Virus record (IMG/VR): IMGVR_UViG_3300047290_000201
Location: 1 to 40,974 of that record
DNA: 40,974 nt
DNA from: a virus
Lineage: Duplodnaviria > Caudoviricetes
Direction: 5' to 3' (one strand)
Shown here: one piece after another, positions 32,602 through 40,974 of the stretch
Numbering within the stretch: the stretch's first letter is position 1
Layout of the letters: every line of letters starts with the position of its first letter
The notes under the pieces: model-generated
The model's input: only the letters and a program-made list of their open reading frames with translations
The model's database searches: none
Told to the model about the DNA's origin: nothing
Position numbers and translations under genes: made by a program

Positions 32602-32940
32602 ATGATGGACAAATGGACCCTGGACAGCGCAAAGCGTCACAAAGACAAGTTCTATGTTGATGAGACCAGCGCCAAGTTTGGCCCGCATGTGCGTTGGAAC
32701 AGCAATGATCGAGTGCCCTTTGACGACATGCTGGAATGCTTCCAACATCTGGGCTGGATCGACCTGCAGACGCGTGAAAACAGTACTCGAGCACGTGATG
32801 CTGACACCGCGGCGTTCCTGGCAGAATACCGGGCCAACTACCGTGGCCCGTCGGAAGAAGAACTGGCCGAAGCCCGTGCTGAGTTTGGTGCTGGCGCTAC
32901 GGTAGTCAATGTCTTTACTGGTCATCGTTACACTGTTTAA
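32602..32940 (+). CDS. Conserved phage early hypothetical protein
   Basis: AAGGAG RBS; RWNSNDRVPFDDML, EARAEFGAGATVVNVFTG. Confidence 0.8.
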   Translation: MMDKWTLDSAKRHKDKFYVDETSAKFGPHVRWNSNDRVPFDDMLECFQHLGWIDLQTRENSTRARDADTAAFLAEYRANYRGPSEEELAEARAEFGAGATVVNVFTGHRYTV

Positions 32941-32950
32941 GGAGACCCAA

Positions 32951-33130
32951 ATGAAAGTGATTTTGATTGTGCTGCTGATCGTCGCGATACTTGTGTTGGG
33001 ACCGCTAGCCACGATCTGGAGCCTGAACACCCTGTTCCCTACTCTCAACATTGGCTATGGTTTTAGTGAGTGGGCGGCCGTGATCATTCTGGCAGGCGCT
33101 CTCCGGGCGAACGTCACAGTGAACAAATAA
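32951..33130 (+). CDS. Small membrane protein
   Basis: AAGGAG RBS; GPLATIWSLNTLFP. Confidence 0.78.
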   Translation: MKVILIVLLIVAILVLGPLATIWSLNTLFPTLNIGYGFSEWAAVIILAGALRANVTVNK

Positions 33131-33141
33131 GGAGCAACACA

Positions 33142-33366
33142 ATGAGAATAGTAAATGATTTTGGTCTAGTGCGCATCGTCAGCATGGGTGATCCTTTCAC
33201 ACAGGCGCATGACGTGCGCGTGGAATGGCAAAAGGATGGTGCCTGGACGCTGTATCGAGGCTTCAACAGTCTCAGCGACGATTATGTCTGGGACAACAGC
33301 CGCGAAGCAGCTGGCAGGGCCATCCGTGAATTGGCAGCAGAATTGGCAGCAGAGGCAGCGGTATGA
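33142..33366 (+). CDS. Hypothetical protein
   Basis: AAGGAG RBS. Confidence 0.75.
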   Translation: MRIVNDFGLVRIVSMGDPFTQAHDVRVEWQKDGAWTLYRGFNSLSDDYVWDNSREAAGRAIRELAAELAAEAAV

Positions 33367-33752
33367 CCATGCATCTGGTTGGGCCCTGGTTGAGCACCAC
33401 TGGCAAGCGAAAAAGCAAACGCAAATTTCGCACCGCCGCAGGCGCTGCCCAGGCACGTGAGCTCCAGGAGAGCTGGCAGGGCCTCCTGTCCCAACACGGC
33501 ATCAAGGCCGCTGCCAACAGCAGGCGTAAGAAAACGGATTTTGAACCCATGAAACGAGCACCGCTCAGTTATCGGGGTTCGGATCAGCCTCGCATACCCA
33601 GCCTGCCCTTTACTGGCGAGGCCTGCACTGTGGGCGAGCAGAAGGTCTATACCGGCGACAAGATCAAGGGCATCGGCACCATGCACAAGTCAAACGCTGT
33701 GCCCATCTTCTCAGATGAACAAGCCCGCGACATCGCTCGCATGCGTCGCTGA
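33363..33752 (+). CDS. Conserved basic phage protein
   Basis: YTGDKIKGIGTMHKSNAVP motif. Confidence 0.8.
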   Translation: MTMHLVGPWLSTTGKRKSKRKFRTAAGAAQARELQESWQGLLSQHGIKAAANSRRKKTDFEPMKRAPLSYRGSDQPRIPSLPFTGEACTVGEQKVYTGDKIKGIGTMHKSNAVPIFSDEQARDIARMRR

Positions 33753-33819
33753 CCCCAGGATATAGATTGACCTAAAAATCATATGATCGTATAATGAGTT
33801 TTTTATCGAGGAGCCCAGC

Positions 33820-34341
33820 ATGACCCAATCTGATTGCCGTGTGATATTGCGTGAACGCTATCCCAAGATTTTCGCTGAGCGATGTGAGCTCAGCGTGGGC
33901 GATGGCTGGTTCAATGTGCTGGACGCGGCCTGCGGTTGCATCCAGGCACACGTCGATTGGACCCATAAGCAACACGATGATGCGATTCGTTACAACATCA
34001 TGGCCACGGCCCTGCGCGATGGCAACGAAGAGCCGTTCCTGAAGTTCTATGAAAATATGCCCCAGGACTGGCTGGAACGACGCCGCGGCGAGATCATGGC
34101 TGAAGGGCTCCGTGAAGTCAAGCAACCCTGTGAGCAAGTGGTCGCGGCCCAGGTCAAGGAAAAGTTCGGTACCCTGCGCTTCTATGTCAACGGCGGGGAT
34201 GATACCACCCGGGGCATGATCCAGATGGCCGAGGCCATGAGCGCCTGCACCTGTGAAGACTGTGGCGCCCCGGGCACCACTGGTGGTCATGGTTGGATCC
34301 GGACGCTGTGCCCCAAACATCATATGAAAGACAAGTCATGA
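33820..34341 (+). CDS. Conserved phage protein with C-terminal Zn ribbon
   Basis: VGDGWF, QVKEKFGTLRFY, CEDCG...TLCPKH. Confidence 0.82.
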   Translation: MTQSDCRVILRERYPKIFAERCELSVGDGWFNVLDAACGCIQAHVDWTHKQHDDAIRYNIMATALRDGNEEPFLKFYENMPQDWLERRRGEIMAEGLREVKQPCEQVVAAQVKEKFGTLRFYVNGGDDTTRGMIQMAEAMSACTCEDCGAPGTTGGHGWIRTLCPKHHMKDKS

Positions 34342-35183
34342 AAATCGCAGTAACGTCAGACATCCACCTGGAGTTTGGCGACCTTGACCTAGTGAACAAC
34401 AACGGCGCCCAGGTTCTTATCTTGGGTGGCGACATCATGATCGCCCAGGATCTGCATGATCATCCCGCGTCGGCTGCCTTGGACCAGGCCCAGATCATGG
34501 GAACCCTGGGCTCACGACAGGCTCAGGCCGTGCGATTCCGCGAGTTCCTGCTGAGCGTGAGCCAGCGGTTTGAACACGTGATCTATGTGGCCGGCAATCA
34601 TGAGTTCTATCATGGCAAGTGGGTGCAGAACATCGATGATCTCCGTAAGGAATGTGCGGCGTTCCCCAACGTGCATTTCCTGGAGCGCGATACCATCACC
34701 ATCAACGGCGTGCTGTTCGTGGGTGGAACCCTCTGGACCGATATGAATCGATTTGATCCCTTGACTCTGCATGCTGTGAGCAGCATGATGAGCGACTTCC
34801 AGATCATCCGTAACGATGCCAAGGGATTCCGGCGACTGACACCTGCGGATACCGCAGAGCGCCACGACAAGACCGTGAAATATATCCGCACGGTGCTGGA
34901 GCAGAACCGCGATACCCCCACAGTGGTGGTGGGACATCACTCTCCTAGCCAGCTCAGTGTGCATCCGCGCTATGCCAACGATCGTGTGATGAACGGGGCC
35001 TATCACTCGGATCTGTCGGAACTGATCCTGGACCATCCCCAGATCCGCCTGTGGACTCATGGTCACACCCACGAGGACTTTGACTATGAAATCGGCACCA
35101 CCCGCATAGTGTGCAATCCTCGCGGTTATGCGGGTCACGAGCCACGCGCCGCCACATGGCAACCCAAGACCGTGGAGATCTAG
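34338..35183 (+). CDS. Calcineurin-like metallophosphoesterase
   Basis: SDIHLE, GGDI, GNHE, GHHSP, HGHTH, CNPRGY. Confidence 0.93.
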   Translation: MKIAVTSDIHLEFGDLDLVNNNGAQVLILGGDIMIAQDLHDHPASAALDQAQIMGTLGSRQAQAVRFREFLLSVSQRFEHVIYVAGNHEFYHGKWVQNIDDLRKECAAFPNVHFLERDTITINGVLFVGGTLWTDMNRFDPLTLHAVSSMMSDFQIIRNDAKGFRRLTPADTAERHDKTVKYIRTVLEQNRDTPTVVVGHHSPSQLSVHPRYANDRVMNGAYHSDLSELILDHPQIRLWTHGHTHEDFDYEIGTTRIVCNPRGYAGHEPRAATWQPKTVEI

Positions 35184-35184
35184 C

Positions 35185-35424
35185 ATGAACCAACGAATCC
35201 AAGAACTTGCTGAACAGGCTGTAGTCGCAGTTGATAATCCATTTCCAGGTAACCCTCTAAACGAAGAATTGGAGAAGATGTATATACCCGATTGCTTTGC
35301 TGAAAAATTCGCCGAGTTGATTGTGAGAGAATGTGCTCGGGTAGCAGACCAATGGGTCGATGACGAAGATAATGGTACCAATTTGGTAAGTGAAAAACTA
35401 AAACAACATTTTGGAGTTGAATAA
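35185..35424 (+). CDS. Small hypothetical protein
   Basis: MNQRIQELA...EKFAELIVREC...KQHFGVE; AT-rich. Confidence 0.75.
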   Translation: MNQRIQELAEQAVVAVDNPFPGNPLNEELEKMYIPDCFAEKFAELIVRECARVADQWVDDEDNGTNLVSEKLKQHFGVE

Positions 35425-35804
35425 TGGGTACCAATTACTACGTGGCCAAGAACCTGTGCGAATGCTGCAACCGCTATGATCAGGAATATCACATAGGTAA
35501 GAGCAGCGGCGGTTGGGCGTTCTCGTTCCGGGGCTATCCCGCGGAACAGCTGACCTCCTGGCGAGCCTGGAAACTTTTCCTCCGGGACCAGATCATCATG
35601 GACGAGTATGGTGAACGCAAGGACTATACATGGTTCGTCAACATGATCGAGACCTACAAGAGTCCCGGCTGGGTCGACGAGCTCGGTCGTAAAAATCTCC
35701 TGCACAACGCCGAGGGCAAGAAAGGGCCAAGACCCTATTTCAATCCCGATCGCGACTGGGACGATCCGGATGGGTACTCGTTCACGACCACGGAATTTTC
35801 ATGA
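35424..35804 (+). CDS. Conserved phage hypothetical protein
   Basis: MGTNYY, HIGKSSGGW, DEYG, ends EFS. Confidence 0.8.
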   Translation: MGTNYYVAKNLCECCNRYDQEYHIGKSSGGWAFSFRGYPAEQLTSWRAWKLFLRDQIIMDEYGERKDYTWFVNMIETYKSPGWVDELGRKNLLHNAEGKKGPRPYFNPDRDWDDPDGYSFTTTEFS

Positions 35805-36175
35805 AAAAACTCACAATATTCGAAAAAGAGTATGATGGCGAAAGTGTTTATGATGTTGATCGCGATGTCAGTGAAGCGTTTCTGGAAGACTTCAATCCCT
35901 TGGTAAAACAAATTCCCAGCGATGAGCATGGCTTCCAGCAGGGTGTGTTTGAAGTCACTATTACTTGGAGACCCGAACGGGATGACCGTAAACTGATCGG
36001 ATACTGTGAGCGAGAAGAGGGCTTTTATCCCATGTATGAGCCGCCCCGGGGGCGCATCACCACGCAGGCCTTTATACTGTGTCGCTATTGCCAAGGCGTG
36101 ATCTGGAGCACAGGTGGCCCCCGCGAGGGCGCTGTGTGCATACCCTGTCGTGAGAAAGAACCCGATGATAGATAA
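35801..36175 (+). CDS. Hypothetical protein with C-terminal CxxC pairs
   Basis: CRYC...CIPC; ATGA overlap. Confidence 0.68.
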   Translation: MKKLTIFEKEYDGESVYDVDRDVSEAFLEDFNPLVKQIPSDEHGFQQGVFEVTITWRPERDDRKLIGYCEREEGFYPMYEPPRGRITTQAFILCRYCQGVIWSTGGPREGAVCIPCREKEPDDR

Positions 36176-36566
36176 CAAAGACCTAGGCACCCCCGCGCTC
36201 CAAGCGCGTTCACAGTTTGAAGAGACCAATGAGCACTATGTGCAACAAAGTGAACAGTACTGGCAGGGGCTTGACCATGATCAACAGCTCATGGCTTTCT
36301 GCGCCATGGTGAGGCGCATGTATCGTGGAGAACTGCAAGACCGTGGCACCTACAGATGGGTACTGTATGATGTGTTTGGGTTTGGTCCCGAGGCCTATGT
36401 GCCAGCTCAGCTGGCTGGCTACCTAGCTCTACACAACAGCATCTGCCACGATGAACATGATTGGCAATTGATCAAGGCCTGGAGCGAACATCAGGGCCTG
36501 GACGTGACCAAGCAGGACATATTGGATTGGCTACAGGGAGGAGAGGCAATTGGACCAGCAATTTGA
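36165..36566 (+). CDS. Hypothetical protein
   Basis: GTYRWVLYDVFGFGPEAY motif. Confidence 0.75.
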   Translation: MIDNKDLGTPALQARSQFEETNEHYVQQSEQYWQGLDHDQQLMAFCAMVRRMYRGELQDRGTYRWVLYDVFGFGPEAYVPAQLAGYLALHNSICHDEHDWQLIKAWSEHQGLDVTKQDILDWLQGGEAIGPAI

Positions 36567-36921
36567 AAAAGCAGCCATGTGGCGCAGGCTGCAAGATCAG
36601 CCGGGCACTTACTACTGCCAGGCTGCGGAACCCGAACGTGCGGAATTTCGGCGTTTCTTCGAAAGTGTGCTGCACGATGGCCGCGCCACGGTGGAATTTA
36701 CCAAGTCGGATGGCAGCCGCCGCGTGATGATTTGCACACTGAACGAGGATCACGGGGCTAAATATCACAGCAATGATCCCGATGTTACCAAACCCACAAC
36801 CAGCGCTCGCAAAGATCGAGCGGTCAACAATGAAGTGCGCACCGTATGGGACTGCGAAGCCGGCGCCTGGCGTAGTTTCCGCTGGGACCGATTGATCCGC
36901 GTAGAGTTTACCATTGGCTAA
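36550..36921 (+). CDS. SH3/WYL_2-like beta-barrel protein
   Basis: [32 protein letters not shown]. Confidence 0.8.
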   Translation: MDQQFEKAAMWRRLQDQPGTYYCQAAEPERAEFRRFFESVLHDGRATVEFTKSDGSRRVMICTLNEDHGAKYHSNDPDVTKPTTSARKDRAVNNEVRTVWDCEAGAWRSFRWDRLIRVEFTIG

Positions 36922-37132
36922 AGAAGAAGCACTCAAATTCGAAGGTGAAATTGTTGAAATGCTGCCCAACGCCACGTTTCGTGTGCAGTTGGATGGCACC
37001 AGCACCATAGTGTTGGGCATGATTTCCGGCCGCATGCGCCAGTTCAACATCAAGGTCATGCTGGGCGACAGAGTAGAAATTGAATTTTCACCCTATGACC
37101 TAAGCCGGGGCAGGATCACGCGCAGGAAATAA
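36914..37132 (+). CDS. infA: Translation initiation factor IF-1
   Basis: [23 protein letters not shown]...ISGRMR...[19 protein letters not shown]; TTG start. Confidence 0.95.
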   Translation: MAKEEALKFEGEIVEMLPNATFRVQLDGTSTIVLGMISGRMRQFNIKVMLGDRVEIEFSPYDLSRGRITRRK

Positions 37133-37141
37133 ATATATGCC

Positions 37142-37684
37142 ATGCGCGAACACATAGATCTCATAGAAGCCACCACACGTCCGGCCAAGCTGGAAACCAC
37201 ACCCTTGCCCTATGGGGTCAAGGATCTCGAACCGGTAATGAGCCGGGCTACCCTGGACTATCACTACGAACATTTGGCCCGGGGCTATGCCAAGCGATAC
37301 AATGCTGGGGAGGGCAACGCCAACTTCAATCGTGCGGGCAGTTTTCTGCACAACAAGTTTTTCCCTCAGCTGAGAGCTCCTAAGGCTGCCAATCGCCCGC
37401 GTGGTGCGGCGCTGGCACTGATCGAAACTCACTTCAAGACCTGGGAAGACTTTCAGGAGCAGTTCACCCAAGAGGCTATGAAAATCCAAGGGTCGGGCTG
37501 GATCTACCTCAGCACCACCGGCGCGATCAAGACCATAGCCAACCATGCTGTGCGTACTGATATCTGTATGCTAGTTGACTGGTGGGAACATAGTTATGTG
37601 CTAGATCATCTCTGGGATAAGAAGTCTTATATTAGAGATTTTTGGCGTATAGTGAACTGGGATGTAGTAAACGAAAGATTGTAA
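37142..37684 (+). CDS. sod: Fe/Mn superoxide dismutase (short phage form)
   Basis: LPY...LEPVMS...YHY, FLHNKFF, GSGW, DWWEH. Confidence 0.9.
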   Translation: MREHIDLIEATTRPAKLETTPLPYGVKDLEPVMSRATLDYHYEHLARGYAKRYNAGEGNANFNRAGSFLHNKFFPQLRAPKAANRPRGAALALIETHFKTWEDFQEQFTQEAMKIQGSGWIYLSTTGAIKTIANHAVRTDICMLVDWWEHSYVLDHLWDKKSYIRDFWRIVNWDVVNERL

Positions 37685-37719
37685 GGTGACATAAATATTC
37701 GTGGAAGCATACACGAGCT

Positions 37720-38364
37720 ATGTCAAAAAATTATCGAAAAGTCTACGAACGCTACCACCGGTGTAGCCTTTTACCCGGTATTGATATACACCATATAGAT
37801 GGGGATCATAACAACAATTCCCCATCAAATTTGATAGCGGTTACTCTCCAGGAACACTACAATATCCATAAAGCACAGGACGATCATTATGCCTGTGTTA
37901 TGATCGCACAACGGATGGGTCATAAACCCGAGGACTGGCTAGAACTAGCTAGAATCAACGGCAGAAAGTCGGCTCTCAATAATAAAAATAATGGTGTTGG
38001 GCTAATAGCCTGGCGAGAAAATAATCCCGATCTAGTAAAGCAATCCTGTTCAGCTGGCGGCAAAATAGCTGGTGAGAAGGCTGTTGAATTAGGATTAGGA
38101 ATTCACTCCTTGTCTAAAGAAGAAAAAGTAATTATTGCTTCAAAAGGCGGACAAAGAGCAGCTGAACTAGGATTGGGATTTTGCGCCGGTCATGCCTCCA
38201 GAGCCGGTTCTATTGGAGGTAAAAAGGGTGGAAAATATGCTAAGGAAAATCAAACGGGCATCTTTGCAATGACACCTGATCAAATTCGCGAAAGAAACGC
38301 TAAAGCAGCTCTTACCAAGTTAGTTAAAAATGGTAAGGCTTGTTATGCACCTTGGGCACTTTAA
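37720..38364 (+). CDS. HNH homing endonuclease
   Basis: DIHHIDGDHNNNSPSNLIAVTLQEHYNIH; Gly-rich repeats; AT-rich; TAAATA upstream. Confidence 0.9.
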   Translation: MSKNYRKVYERYHRCSLLPGIDIHHIDGDHNNNSPSNLIAVTLQEHYNIHKAQDDHYACVMIAQRMGHKPEDWLELARINGRKSALNNKNNGVGLIAWRENNPDLVKQSCSAGGKIAGEKAVELGLGIHSLSKEEKVIIASKGGQRAAELGLGFCAGHASRAGSIGGKKGGKYAKENQTGIFAMTPDQIRERNAKAALTKLVKNGKACYAPWAL

Positions 38365-38394
38365 AATCAACTGGGACGTTTGCAACGAGCGTTT

Positions 38395-38715
38395 ATGATA
38401 CAAGTCACAAGCCAAGCTGTGGGCAAGATACGCGAGCTCATGACCCATGAATCACAGCCCCAAACCGTGCTACGTGTGTTCGTGACAGGCGGCGGCTGTT
38501 CGGGGCTACAATACGGGTTTACCTTTGACCAAGAGACCACCCAAGAAGATTTTGAGATCCACTGTGGTGTGCCCATGGTGGTAGATGCCATGAGCATGCA
38601 GTATCTGCAGGGTGCCACTATAGACTATCAAGACGATGTTGCGGGTTCTGCCTTCGTGATACAGAATCCCAACGCCAACACCACCTGTGGATGTGGCAGC
38701 AGTTTCAGTATCTAG
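38395..38715 (+). CDS. erpA: A-type Fe-S carrier ErpA/IscA (HesB family)
   Basis: [34 protein letters not shown]. Confidence 0.9.
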   Translation: MIQVTSQAVGKIRELMTHESQPQTVLRVFVTGGGCSGLQYGFTFDQETTQEDFEIHCGVPMVVDAMSMQYLQGATIDYQDDVAGSAFVIQNPNANTTCGCGSSFSI

Positions 38716-38718
38716 CCA

Positions 38719-39345
38719 ATGAAATTGACGTTTGATCAACCGCATGTCATACTGCGAGATGATCCCATGTTATGGCAGTGGGACAACTGGCTAGATGATC
38801 ACGAATTGTCTGTGCTGCTGGCCAACCTAGGCCAGCTGGTCTATACCCAAGGTTACAGCAAGCATGCTGGTGGTCAGCACCAGGTTACAGACAGGCGCCA
38901 TGCACTCAATCATATCGTGACCGATCAAGACCCTGTGGTGTTCCAACAGCTGGAACAAAAGGTAGCGGATTTCTTGGCGCAGCCCAAGGATCATTTTGAA
39001 CCTGCTGTGATTTTACAGTACCAATCACAGGGTCATTTCAAACCTCATCACGACTTCAATCGACAAAAATGGCGGGGCGTGACCAGCCATAGACTGGCCA
39101 CTTTGATACTGTATCTCAATCACGATTTTGATGGGGGCGTCACGGAGTTTCCCATGCTGGGTATCAAGGTGTCACCGCGTGCGGGCAGGGTGGTGTTCTG
39201 GAGATACGACTATCAAGATGCTGCCAAAAATCAACTGTTGATGCATTCAAGCGAAAAGGTTTTCGCAGGTGTCAAGCATGCCATGGTTTTCTTCCTGAGG
39301 GATAGACCCTTTGTTGGTGCCCAACGCCAGCGCATGGTCTACTGA
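38719..39345 (+). CDS. 2OG-Fe(II) oxygenase, prolyl-4-hydroxylase-like
   Basis: FKPHHD, LYLNHDFDGGVTEF, MHSSEKVFAGVK. Confidence 0.9.
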   Translation: MKLTFDQPHVILRDDPMLWQWDNWLDDHELSVLLANLGQLVYTQGYSKHAGGQHQVTDRRHALNHIVTDQDPVVFQQLEQKVADFLAQPKDHFEPAVILQYQSQGHFKPHHDFNRQKWRGVTSHRLATLILYLNHDFDGGVTEFPMLGIKVSPRAGRVVFWRYDYQDAAKNQLLMHSSEKVFAGVKHAMVFFLRDRPFVGAQRQRMVY

Positions 39346-40337
39346 TCGTTCCAAAACTTGTGCAGTCCAGCGCGGCGGTCGAGGCTTTTTTGATCTTCAA
39401 GGTTGGCACATTCTATCTGACACAGTTGAGCGACCACATCGGGATCTAGCTGCAGAGTTTGACCCTGGGCGTTGGTCAAGGGCGATTGGGGATTGTGGCA
39501 CCAATTGTCCAAGACCCTGGGACGATCCAGTACCCTGAACAGATCTACCAGGTCAGCGGCCTGATCACCAACCACATCAACCAACTGTGGCCTTTGGTCC
39601 AAGGCCATAGCCGAGGTAGCAAACACCGTGGTACCAAAAATGCTGTGGGTGCCGCCCGCTAGGCACACATGTGGGGGCAGACCGCGGCGTTTGAGTATGT
39701 CATAGACCGACAGCAGATGATTGAACAGGCAGCGTCCCGAGTGATCGATCTGTTCGGTGCCTAGCTGTGCCAAGAGAACCTGCAGTCGATCCCGGTCAGG
39801 ATCCATTCCCTGGGGCGCGAACTTGAACATCAGCGTGATACGCTGGGCGGGACAGATCCTGGTCACGCCCCGGGCACAGTGCCAGAGGTCGCTGTCAAAT
39901 ACTAGGCCATGATTGAAGCGGGGCAATTCGGCATGCAACACCCGCTGATCATCGTACAACAGGGTTTCTCCGCCCCATTCCCTGTGCCAATGTTTGTTGA
40001 GATAGATCACCAGCGTCCTCTCATGCTGTCTTTTGCTGTCAGCGTGTGGATAACCCTCCACACCAAAGGTATGACTATTGGTATAACATCTCAGTAGAAC
40101 AGTATCGGGGCACAGCGTGGCTTGGAGATGCTGCCACAGGTGCAGCAAGGGCTGGGGCAGTTTGTGGGCTACGTCTAGTCCATTACTTGAATCGGCTTGG
40201 GCAAAATCAATGTTCCAATGGGAGTAGCCCATGACCTTGCTGCTGCGCCAGCCGTAGTGCCAGCCTTGGGTTTGGATCTGATCCAATATGGGATCGATGA
40301 GATTACCAGGTATGATATTGGGTATGGCGCTAAACAT
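39339..40337 (-). CDS. 2OG-Fe(II) oxygenase fused to C-terminal HD-like (DUF6817-like) domain
   Basis: YPHAD, YLNKHWHREWGGET, WHCARGV...RITL; C-terminal HSGRCLFNHL...GGTHSIFGT. Confidence 0.85.
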   Translation of the reverse strand: MFSAIPNIIPGNLIDPILDQIQTQGWHYGWRSSKVMGYSHWNIDFAQADSSNGLDVAHKLPQPLLHLWQHLQATLCPDTVLLRCYTNSHTFGVEGYPHADSKRQHERTLVIYLNKHWHREWGGETLLYDDQRVLHAELPRFNHGLVFDSDLWHCARGVTRICPAQRITLMFKFAPQGMDPDRDRLQVLLAQLGTEQIDHSGRCLFNHLLSVYDILKRRGLPPHVCLAGGTHSIFGTTVFATSAMALDQRPQLVDVVGDQAADLVDLFRVLDRPRVLDNWCHNPQSPLTNAQGQTLQLDPDVVAQLCQIECANLEDQKSLDRRAGLHKFWNDQ

Positions 40338-40974
40338 TAGGTATCGTCGTCACCGTCACCGTCACTATCATCGCCCATGGGGTCATTGCCCATGCCCATG
40401 CCCATGCCCATGGGAGGTATGCCGCCTCGAGGATCTACACCCCAATTGCCAGCCACGGGCGCGAACGTGGGGGGATTGCCCACACTGTCCTTGATAGATT
40501 TCCATGATCCGTTTTGTTTTACATAGATAGAATCGGCCCTACTCCATACTCCGTTGTTCTTGACCCAGGTGTCAGGCACACGAGTAAAAGATCCCGATTG
40601 ATGCACCCAGATTCCACCTAGACCAAAAAACAGTATGACCGCGGCGCCATTGCGACCTCGGCCTCCTAAACCATTGGTTATATCACCAAGGCTGCCCTTC
40701 CCCGCTTCACCTGCATATTCTCTATAATAGGGATTGTCGGCGCCAGCGGCCTGCCAGTTGGTGGGATTGGCGATAACATCCCCATAGCTGGTACCATACG
40801 ATCCACCTTCGCCGCTGTAGACTCCGGCTGTGGGATAGCCACCGTTACCACCGTAATATCCACCACCACCACCACCTCCTGGTAAAGCCCCAGGCAAGCC
40901 ATTTTCACCAGCATGCGATGAGGGCTCTTGCCCCCGAGGGCCAGGTGCACTGGTGATGGCTTTGGTTGATAGGC
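40337..40974 (-). CDS. Glycine-rich virion/tail-fibre-like protein, 5' end outside window
   Basis: Frame open to window edge; GGGGGGGYYGG, WVKNNGVW repeats. Confidence 0.75.
   Translation of the reverse strand, partial: LSTKAITSAPGPRGQEPSSHAGENGLPGALPGGGGGGGYYGGNGGYPTAGVYSGEGGSYGTSYGDVIANPTNWQAAGADNPYYREYAGEAGKGSLGDITNGLGGRGRNGAAVILFFGLGGIWVHQSGSFTRVPDTWVKNNGVWSRADSIYVKQNGSWKSIKDSVGNPPTFAPVAGNWGVDPRGGIPPMGMGMGMGNDPMGDDSDGDGDDDT

Noticed and set aside
34512-35705. 397-aa minus-strand ORF
   Set aside because: Antisense shadow of the phosphoesterase and neighbouring + strand genes; no motifs.
40376-40412. CCCATG tandem repeat
   Set aside because: Encodes a GMGMGMG low-complexity tail in a CDS; no sign of separate function.
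1-40974. Stop-codon reassignment
   Set aside because: TAG, TGA and TAA all end recognisable full-length genes, and no suppressor tRNA was seen.

Overview
Segment of a large (T4-like/jumbo-type) dsDNA phage genome, probably infecting a freshwater Proteobacterium (Bug/TctC, TorF-like porin, ErpA, IF-1 genes point to a Betaproteobacterial host; inference). Standard genetic code. Bases ~380-10,780 form a dense + strand RNA island: 31 apparently intact tRNAs, a broken tRNA-Pro, a GOLLD RNA containing a tRNA-Arg, a manA-like RNA and about ten further structured non-coding units. Several of those share long terminal helices, T-arms and GGCC-containing hairpins and look like an uncharacterised family of tRNA-mimic RNAs. 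The island is driven by sigma70 promoters followed by rrn-type boxA sequences. It also carries a GIY-YIG homing endonuclease, a YkuK RNase H-like gene, a nuclease/methyltransferase pair, and a DIP1984-like coiled-coil gene followed by a heptamer-repeat RNA. Next come a TctA/TctC + PP-loop enzyme cluster with a structured leader, many small early genes behind promoters with IHF-consensus sites, and auxiliary genes (yybP-ykoY riboswitch + TerC, NadE, SleB, ferredoxin, IF-1, L7/L12-domain protein, SOD, ErpA, 2OG-Fe(II) oxygenases, two HNH endonucleases). All family assignments are from motif recognition by eye; no database searches or folding programs were run.
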